A stretch of DNA of 64,000 nucleotides. Origin: an uncultured Chloroflexia bacterium. Lineage in GTDB: Bacteria > Chloroflexota > Limnocylindria > Limnocylindrales > CSP1-4. This document shows, one piece after another, positions 62,992-64,000 of the stretch. Each line of letters begins with the position of its first letter. Within the stretch, counting starts at the first letter, position 1. Below the pieces are notes generated by a model. It was given only the letters and a program-made list of their open reading frames with translations, searched no databases and was not told the DNA's origin. Made by a program: the position numbers and the translations under genes. The DNA is taken from positions 896,001 through 960,000 of the forward strand of contig CAVVCZ010000004.1 of NCBI GenBank assembly GCA_963746845.1. The letters run 5' to 3'.

Positions 62992-64000
62992 TCAGCCCCC
63001 GACCGAGGCGCGGGCGGCCGCCCGTCGCGTCGCGGCGGCTCGACGCGTGCGCTCCGCCCGCGATGCCGATGCCCCGGCGCGTCCGCGCGAGCCACCGTCG
63101 CGCGCCGGCCCGACGCTCCCCTCCCCGCCCGGCAGCTCGGACCAGCGCCGCCCCGGCCGATCCGGCACGGCGCATCGTCCGCAGGATCGCCCGGGCTCCC
63201 GCCCGATCCGACGCGGGCAGCCGCTGGTCCCACGAGCAGAAGTGCGTCGCGCGACCACCGACGACGATCCGCCGGATCGGCCGACCGCAGCGGAGGCACG
63301 GCTCGCCGGTCCGCTGGTAGACGGCGAGGTGGTCCTGCATCTCGCCGTCGCCGTCGGGCGCGGTGTAGTCGTCGATCGACGAGCCGCGCCGGATCACCGC
63401 CTCCGCGAGGATCCGCCGCAGCTCCTGCCACAGCCGGCGCTCGTCCGGGGGACGAAGCGTGCGTGCCGTCCGGAGCGGGTGCAGCCGGGCCGCCCACAGC
63501 GCCTCGTCCGCGTAGATGTTGCCGACGCCCGCGACGAACGTCTGGTCGAGGAGGAGCGGCTTCAACCGGCCCTTCCGCGCGCGGAGTCGCGTCCGGAAGG
63601 CGCGGACGGTGAACGCATCCGAGAGCGGCTCCGGGCCGATCGTCGCGAACGGGTCCTCCGCACCGAGATACAGCCCGACCTTGCCGAACTTCCGGATGTC
63701 GCGGAAGCGGATCTCGCGACCGTCGTCGAGCGCCAGCACGAGCCGGACGTACGGGTCCTCGGGGCCGCCCTGCGGCACGACGAACAGCTGTCCGGTCATC
63801 TTCAGGTGGATCGTCAGGAGCGCCTCGCCGCTCAGCGCGATCGCGAGCTGCTTCCCGCGCCGCCCGACCGTCTCGATCCGCCGGCCGGCGATCCCGTCGG
63901 CGAACGCCTCGGGCGACATGGCGCGCAGGGTCCGCGGCCAGCGTGTCGCGGCGTCGACGATCGTGGCACCGGTGATCAGCGGGCGGAGGTCGCGGGCGAC
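62992..64000 (-). CDS. mutM: Formamidopyrimidine-DNA glycosylase (5' truncated by window edge; C-terminal extension probably frameshifted)
   Basis: RRGK, HLKMTG, DIRKFG, LLDQ..AGVGNIYADE, Zn finger C..C...THFCSWDQ. Confidence 0.93.

Noticed and set aside
60225-63497. 1090-aa ORF as a giant ABC protein
   Set aside because: Only the middle matches ABC-F; flanks are out-of-frame read-through of mutM, ABC-F and coaE
1390-63612. Numerous long Arg/Pro/Gly-rich overlapping and antisense ORFs
   Set aside because: Expected shadow ORFs in high-GC DNA where stop codons are rare; they overlap well-supported genes and lack motifs

Overview
Very GC-rich (roughly 70%, by eye) bacterial chromosomal DNA, mostly minus-strand housekeeping genes. 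Gene content (rapZ-yvcK-whiA, GAAC-N4-GTTC LexA boxes, Tad pilus genes, F420-type oxidoreductase, leaderless promoters) suggests a monoderm such as a high-GC Chloroflexota; this is inference. Core content: ilvE, rpsF-ssb-rpsR, eight tRNAs, lemA-htpX, the uvrC-secD-secF-recJ-pyrF-tatA-tatC-rapZ-yvcK-whiA-tpiA-gpmI-secG block, uvrA, uvrB, coaE, an ABC-F protein and mutM. Accessory content: a hemerythrin-fused P1B-5 ATPase, a GH13 enzyme, TMEM175, a HYR surface protein, a kinase/regulator/ECF module and split Tad genes. The most unusual region is a 2.8-kb integrase-less island at the 3' end of tRNA-Leu(UAA), bounded by a 56-bp att repeat. It carries three tandem paralogues of an unrecognised ~80-aa protein; two share a perfectly conserved 27-nt leader that can fold into mutually exclusive hairpins, one masking the RBS. 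Other non-coding signals: a 32-nt pure A/T near-palindrome, an S6:S18-like leader, SOS boxes, an 11-bp-phased repeat array and a motif shared by Tad promoters. Many genes beyond ~42 kb carry single-base frameshifts, most likely assembly errors, so several ORF-track calls are split or falsely fused.
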